In this document: one piece after another, positions 58,759 to 64,000 of the stretch
Layout of the letters: the number at the start of each line of letters is the position of its first letter
How positions within the stretch are numbered: the first letter of the stretch is position 1
IMG/VR virus record: IMGVR_UViG_3300044712_000786
Span: 32,001-96,000 of that record
DNA length: 64,000 nucleotides
DNA from: a virus
Lineage: Duplodnaviria > Caudoviricetes
Direction: 5' to 3' (one strand)
Notes under the pieces: model-generated
Told to the model about the DNA's origin: nothing
Database searches by the model: none
What the model saw: only the letters and a program-made list of their open reading frames with translations
Program-made: the position numbers and the translations under genes

Positions 58759-58998
58759 TCAGATGTCAACACTATTACCATCCTTGTCTAACCTAAAGAA
58801 CTCGGGTTGACTTCCCGCGTCGATTAGATTATCAGCAGCCTCTTTAGGGGTAAGCTCTTGAACACTAGAAACGTCAAATGTATGCAAGACAGATGTTTCA
58901 TTTACTTCCCTAGCAATATCTTCTAGGTCTATATTAGAGATATCTTCCTCGCTTAAAATGATAAGCTTGAATTCGGTTTTGTAGTATTTTTTAGCCAT
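58759..58998 (-). CDS. Acidic hypothetical early protein
   Basis: Own leaderless promoter. Confidence 0.7.
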   Translation of the reverse strand: MAKKYYKTEFKLIILSEEDISNIDLEDIAREVNETSVLHTFDVSSVQELTPKEAADNLIDAGSQPEFFRLDKDGNSVDI

Positions 58999-59086
58999 GT
59001 CCTAATACTAGCTGGACTTTTTAGGAAGTCAAGCCCAACGCCGCTTTTGAATTTCCCTTTTCTAAAAGTCACATGTAATACTTTAT

Positions 59087-59770
59087 GTGATATCTCTTTA
59101 TACTGAAGAAGAACTTCTAAATTCTAAACGAGGAACTAAACTAAAGCTTAGATGCGAGCACTGCCTTAAGGAGTTTTATGTAATGGCGTCTGTAGTAAAA
59201 CAGAAATTAATGGGAAAAAAAAGATGGGAAAAGAAACTCCGTTTTTGTTCTCAAGATTGTTCCTATTTAGGCCAAAGAAAAAGAATAAAGACTAATTGCA
59301 AACAGTGTGGAAAAGATATGGATATATGGCCATGCGACCTAAAGACACATATTAATCAATTTTGCTCTCAAAGTTGCTCTGCCAAACACCGAAATGCTCA
59401 TAAAACTTGGGGCTCAACCCGTTCTAAATTAGAGATTTATATTGAAAAATGCCTCACCGAAATTTATCCCAAGTTAGAAATACATTATAACAAGACTTCT
59501 GCAATTGGCTCAGAGCTAGATATTTATATTCCGTCTTTGCGGCTAGCTTTCGAACTAAACGGGATATTTCATTACGAACCAATTCACGGAGACAAAACCC
59601 TTCAAAGAATGCAAAATAACGACCAAAGGAAGTATCATGCTTGCATTGAAAATAGTATAAGTCTCTGTATTATCGATTCGTCTTCTCTGAAATATTTCAA
59701 GGAAGAGCGTGCAAAGCCCTTCCTTAAAATCATTACTGATTTGATAAATGGGAAACTGGGGTCAGGGTGA
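59087..59770 (+). mobile_element. Free-standing PD-(D/E)xK (Vsr/DUF559-like) endonuclease with CxxC fingers, likely homing-type
   Basis: Repeated CxxC...FCSxxC fingers; SKLE, ELDIYIP, AFELNGIFHY; opposite orientation to neighbours; late motif ATGTAAT 7 nt upstream. Confidence 0.65.
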
Positions 59771-59787
59771 CTGAACCCCAGCTTTGA

Positions 59788-60039
59788 TTATGCCGCTACA
59801 GCGGTAGGCGCAACGGGCGCGGACGTAGCTGCGGCAGCAGCAGCCTTCGCTTCGTGATACTTGCGCCAGCGACGTTTCTGGGCTTGCCCAATCTTCGCTT
59901 TCGCCGCATCGCTCATACCGCTCTTCGTGACTTCAACCGTTCCGCCGAGGATACCCTGAAGGCGAACCTTAAGAGTCTCGATTTGCTTGGCGAGTTCCGC
60001 CGCTTCCGTAAGTTGCTGACTTGTCAATACTGTTTCCAT
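59788..60039 (-). CDS. Small putative DNA-binding protein (coiled coil plus basic helix)
   Basis: LTSQQLTEAAELAKQIETLKVRLQGILGG; MSDAAKAKIGQAQKRRWRK; Ala-rich tail. Confidence 0.65.
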   Translation of the reverse strand: METVLTSQQLTEAAELAKQIETLKVRLQGILGGTVEVTKSGMSDAAKAKIGQAQKRRWRKYHEAKAAAAAATSAPVAPTAVAA

Positions 60040-60123
60040 ATTACCTTTCGTTTTGTTTATTGTTTAACTACATCCCCAATCTACTACCTTTTTTTAATAA
60101 GTCAACAAACTCTTTTTTACTAG

Positions 60124-60390
60124 CTAACTCGTTGTTACTGACTTCTTTGTAGCCTTTCCTATTAGATGACCAAGAGGAATTTGTTCCCCGATTAGGTGAT
60201 TTTCAGAACCAGCATCCCTAAGAACATAGCCATAGTTATTGACTTCAGCCGTGTCATCCCCTTGGATAAGAAGGACATTTGCCTTGTCAGTGCGCTTAGC
60301 TCCTTTGTTCTTACAGTTTTGGGCAGCTTCATGCAGTGTTTTGCCCCTTCCCCAGTAACCCATTACTATCACGATAATTGTATATTTCAT
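60124..60390 (-). CDS. Hypothetical early protein
   Basis: ATGA coupling. Confidence 0.55.
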   Translation of the reverse strand: MKYTIIVIVMGYWGRGKTLHEAAQNCKNKGAKRTDKANVLLIQGDDTAEVNNYGYVLRDAGSENHLIGEQIPLGHLIGKATKKSVTTS

Positions 60391-61070
60391 TTTCTTGAAT
60401 ATCCGTTTTTCCTGATTGATTTGGCTTGAATACTACCTTTTTTACCCTGCCCGTGGATGAGTAGAGCAAAAGACTTTTCTGCTTTCATGGCTAGAGAATC
60501 ATCATGGTCTATTTCTAACCCCAATTCTTTAGCTTCCTCTTCACTATAAACAACTTGCGCGAATACAAGATTGTATTTAGCTATTAAGTCATCACACTTT
60601 CCACCCTTCGAAGCTGTCAACTTAAAATTAGAAGGAATCTCATTAATCCTTGCTATCCAATAGGGTAGAGATTTGGTATAAGTATAAAACAGCTTATTAG
60701 GAAACCGCCGCGCTACTTCCATCCATGCATCGAAATAGGTCTGATTAAAGAAGTCCCCGCTACCACCAGTCCTAACATAACCCATGTCGTCCTGCTTAAC
60801 CCCCTCCTCTAATAGGGATACCATTTCTTCAAAGGATTTCCCTTTTAGTTGGTCAAAGTTTTTCCATCTGGATTTACGCACAGAGGGAAAGCCACACTCC
60901 ATACTAGCAGCATAGCACCTAAACCCTTCCCCGTCCTCCACCATCTTACCCGTCGCCCTATCAGCGCAAGTTAGACAATCCTTAGCAAAAGGACAGCTAT
61001 ACCCCGCAGGTAGCGAGAATATAGCTATCTTTTTTGAAAGTTTGGCGTTGCCAGTTGTGAACTTAAGCAT
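60387..61070 (-). CDS. GP88-like phage protein
   Basis: GNAKL...FSLPAGYSCP...C...CYA...SGDFF...FYTYTKS...NFKLTAS; own promoter. Confidence 0.7.
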   Translation of the reverse strand: MLKFTTGNAKLSKKIAIFSLPAGYSCPFAKDCLTCADRATGKMVEDGEGFRCYAASMECGFPSVRKSRWKNFDQLKGKSFEEMVSLLEEGVKQDDMGYVRTGGSGDFFNQTYFDAWMEVARRFPNKLFYTYTKSLPYWIARINEIPSNFKLTASKGGKCDDLIAKYNLVFAQVVYSEEEAKELGLEIDHDDSLAMKAEKSFALLIHGQGKKGSIQAKSIRKNGYSRK

Positions 61071-61167
61071 ACGCCAATCTTAAATATTCTTTTTAAAATG
61101 TCAACTCTTAATAAACCTCCCGTCGATTAGAATTAATAAAGCAATGCATAATAACAGTATGTCCATA

Positions 61168-61422
61168 TCAACGATACAACCCTTCCTTGATGGAAGCAAT
61201 GCTCCCCTTGCCCAGTAGTATTAATACAGAACCTTCTTTATGCACAAGCTCTTCTTTATCGTTAAAGTGCGCGTTTTCATCATCTATTTCGTAAGCGTAT
61301 GCTTCTGCCCCATAGAATGTATGACCGTTCTTTTTGATGTCATTGACTGCCTCGTGCCAAGTCTTGCCGAAGCCCCAAACAGTCTTTTTATTAATTGGGT
61401 GTAGCTGACTGACCACTTTCAT
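61168..61422 (-). CDS. Hypothetical early protein
   Basis: TTGCCA-16-TAGACT-6-ATG. Confidence 0.65.
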   Translation of the reverse strand: MKVVSQLHPINKKTVWGFGKTWHEAVNDIKKNGHTFYGAEAYAYEIDDENAHFNDKEELVHKEGSVLILLGKGSIASIKEGLYR

Positions 61423-61444
61423 CGCACTAGTCTAGCGGATTTTT

Positions 61445-61849
61445 TCACGCTGGCAAGGATGAAAGGTCAGGCGTCTCAAATTCAATATAGCCAAACTTAT
61501 AAGGATACAAATCCATTTCTGCATCTTTAACGATAAAGTTTGTTATTTGAATGCTTTGTAATATTTGTTCCGCTCTTATTTGTGCCTCCGGTAGTAGCCC
61601 ACGCTTTTTCCCTTTGGATTTTCCATAGTCGATATTTAGCAGTTCAAAAAGAGCTATATTTAATAGGGCTTTATTTAAGTCCTCGTTATTTGTCCAGAAG
61701 TAAGCAAAGTTTGAAGTAAGCCAGTGAAGCTCACCCGAAGTTGCCTGATGGTTATAGAATGAGTAATATTTTCGTTCTATTTCGATGGGGTCATCGTTTT
61801 CGATTCCAATTGCTGTAACGGAACCAAAGTCATGGCGATGCAGAAGCAT
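61445..61849 (-). CDS. Hypothetical protein
   Basis: ORF; start uncertain. Confidence 0.5.
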   Translation of the reverse strand: MLLHRHDFGSVTAIGIENDDPIEIERKYYSFYNHQATSGELHWLTSNFAYFWTNNEDLNKALLNIALFELLNIDYGKSKGKKRGLLPEAQIRAEQILQSIQITNFIVKDAEMDLYPYKFGYIEFETPDLSSLPA

Positions 61850-61987
61850 AAGGGGCTGCTGCCCTTATATTTAACGTTAACTGCTTCCAAATCAGCTAAC
61901 TTAAACGGCGAGAGAGTCTCTCTTAAGAGTAGCATTATCCCAATCATACCAAGAATTTTCCCAGTGTCAAGTGGGTAAATCCCCCAT

Positions 61988-62260
61988 TTATTGGCTCGCT
62001 TTTAACTTCAAAATCGCTAAATTCTCATGCAGTAGATAAGATGATAGTTGAGATAAGTTAGAGAAACGCATATCAGGATACATTTCCTGAACCCCGTCAG
62101 CAATCTGGACTAACATATTTGAGATAGTAACCATTTGCTCGGGGCCATCTTGGTTTAATACGTCTCTATTATTTAGCACGATTTCGCTCGACATTCGCGC
62201 CAATTCATCTGCCTTATTTTGAATTATTTCCGTTAACTCAGGTCCGCTATATGTTCTCAT
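61988..62260 (-). CDS. Helical hypothetical protein
   Basis: Likely start MRTYSGP at 62260. Confidence 0.5.
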   Translation of the reverse strand: MRTYSGPELTEIIQNKADELARMSSEIVLNNRDVLNQDGPEQMVTISNMLVQIADGVQEMYPDMRFSNLSQLSSYLLHENLAILKLKASQ

Positions 62261-63799
62261 AAATTGCTGTTTCAACTGAATGCCATAAAAGATTAAGAGG
62301 ATTATCTTCGTAGATAAATAGCCTCGCCCCATCTAAATCAACCTTACGAACCTTTTTCTTTAATTTATTCCAAGCTTCGTTATCTATCTGAGGTTTGATT
62401 TTGTAAAAGCACGGGGACATAAGCTGGTTAAATGATATTTCCAAAAAACAGCTTAAAAAATCGTAATCTGTGCGAAATAGGCATTCTAACTCGTAATTTT
62501 ATAAAACTTATTAAAACAGACATATTCTTATATGCCTCAACTAAGGCCGTTGAGCGATAGAATTTAAATCCTTTATTATTGAACCACATTACCTCTGAGT
62601 CGAATTTGTCTTTTACTGACTTCATCCTATTAGCTTTTTTTCACTTGTCAAGTCCTTATAGATTTCTCTTGTTATTGCCGTATAAGGTATATTTCTTAAA
62701 AATCTAAATTTTGCCCAGCTAATACCCATATCTACCCTATGATAGATATGGGAGTGTCCACAACCATTCCTAATCTCATTTGCAAAGTCAAATATTTGTT
62801 TATTTAGCGCTCCCATACGAATATCCTTATTTTATCTACAAGAACATCTACTAATATCCATATTTGGCTTTCGTCTTCTATTCCTTTATAAGCTAACTTA
62901 CGGATATCCGAGTTTACATTAGCAAATAGCTTTCCATAGCTTTGACAGTCTATTTCCCAAAATCTAGACTTAATAGAATCCATATACAGCCCCCCTTACA
63001 TTTGACCTGATGTTCCTAATAACAGATAAATACAGGTGACGAAACACTTCCATATAGATTCCTTCGCGTGCATCTATCTGATTAAGTCTAACAAGGATAA
63101 CAGGTTGCATATTTATTTGAACTTAGTGCGTTAAGTGATATCACTTTGATAGCATTAAATAAAGAAATTCATTATTTAGGGAGAGAAGTTTTTGACAGAA
63201 CCCTATTTGTTATTTTAATCATTCCCATACTATCCTCCATTCTTCTCTATTTCCTATATCCCGCAAAGAGCCTAAGACACTTTCCGTTATCGAATCAATA
63301 TAAGAACAACGCGTCTCTATTTTGTCATAGGCAGAATCAAAGTCCATTGGATTGATATCGTTTAAAGCTTGGTGGCAAAAGGAATCTATTTGCCAATAAA
63401 CTTTATCTTTCAGACTTTTCATCGATTAAATAAACAATTATAAGAGTAAGCTTCGTCCTCTACTTGGAGCCTTAAATCACTTAATGTAAGTGATATTCCA
63501 CTATTATTGATTTTCCTTATTTCTTCAAATTGAACGAAGTCTTTTAATCGCCCCCATGCCCACACATCTAATTCAAAACGTATTAATTTACGTAGCGGGT
63601 TCATCTTTGATTAAATAAACAAATGGATTTTTGAAACATCTGCCCTAGTATTAAGCTTTATATTGATAAAATGAGCTAATTTATGCTCTGTCTCGCGCAT
63701 AACTGAATTAAACATTGGGTTATCTATGCTATTAGCTAAACAAATATGGTAACAGCTATTGTCGCACTGCCAGCCGAAAAATCTAAATAAAGGCGTCAT
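62247..63799 (-). other. Second array of coupled micro-ORFs (45-70 aa)
   Basis: 62247-62444, 62428-62625, 62622-62816, 63219-63422, 63419-63604, 63611-63799 plus shorter ORFs near 62828-63100; MKSVKDKF / MKSLKDKV / MNPLRKLI N-termini. Confidence 0.6.
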
Positions 63800-64000
63800 T
63801 TAAAGCCTATCCCTATTATATCTACCCAAAGGAAGTTCCTCAAGCCGTATGTCTTTGCTTTGAGGTTTATTTCGTGGTTAGCTAGGCTTACGCTTTCCCA
63901 ATAAATACAAATATTTAATAGACGCCATCCAGATTTCTCTTCTTCCAATATTAAATTAAAACAGGGCTTCATTTTTTAGACAGACGTTTTCTAGACTCGC

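Larger units (their letters stand above)
5118..59079. promoter_or_regulatory. Putative late promoter motif [GAC]TGTAA[TAC] upstream of structural/late genes
   Basis: + strand 5118, 8556, 10965, 12195, 14453, 38913, 59073; - strand 30627-33, 33849-55, 38854-60, 39967-73, 41691-97; usually 7-9 nt before the start codon. Confidence 0.75.
46019..61460 (-). promoter_or_regulatory. Family of about 30 sigma70-type early promoters TTGAC[AT]-N16(A-tract)-TAnnnT-N6-ATG
   Basis: Examples: -35 at 46050-46055 with -10 at 46028-46033 for ATG 46021; TTGACA-TCTTAAAAAGATTTCA-TATTAT-TCAAAT-ATG at 49366; TTGACA-TTTTAAAAAGACTCTG-TATTAT-TTAGGT-ATG at 48545. Confidence 0.9.

Noticed and set aside
61445-61975. Frameshifted single gene starting at the promoter near 61935
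   Set aside because: The promoter-proximal ~52-aa ORF and the 134-aa ORF overlap in different frames with no clear slippery site; cannot be resolved from sequence alone.
1-64000. Stop-codon reassignment (alternative genetic code)
   Set aside because: Core genes such as TerL, portal and TMP are intact under code 11, and TAG, TGA and TAA all end genes.

Overview
Segment of a large tailed dsDNA phage genome read in the standard genetic code; no tail-sheath gene lies in this window. 1-27.2 kb (+ strand): fibre/tailspike genes, neck and tail-completion genes, tail tube, chaperones and a 4244-aa tape measure protein. The middle ~2050 aa of that protein is an array of enzyme-like cassettes (zincin protease, one or two ADP-ribosyltransferase-like domains, a protein-kinase-like domain, unknowns) separated by a recurring G[FY][IV]PNFA motif. 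27.2-40 kb (mostly - strand): a second fibre, a tail-tube paralog, portal, large terminase, an ERCC4 nuclease, a phage sigma factor and PhoH. Late genes share an upstream GTGTAAT motif. 40-43.7 kb (+): a methyltransferase and 11 micro-ORFs punctuated by 11 co-oriented GATTTTTGAAA copies that run into a C-tract island where the two transcription directions converge. 44-62 kb (-): an early region in which about 26 small genes each have a TTGAC[AT]-N16-TAnnnT promoter placed 6 nt (7 in two cases) before the ATG, implying leaderless mRNAs. This region also holds ArdC, DUF932, GP88-like and i-type-lysozyme-like genes, tRNA-Leu(UAA), a tRNA-shaped gene with a 114-nt D-loop insertion, and four promoter-driven structured RNA candidates. 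All calls come from reading motifs by eye; no database searches or folding programs were run.
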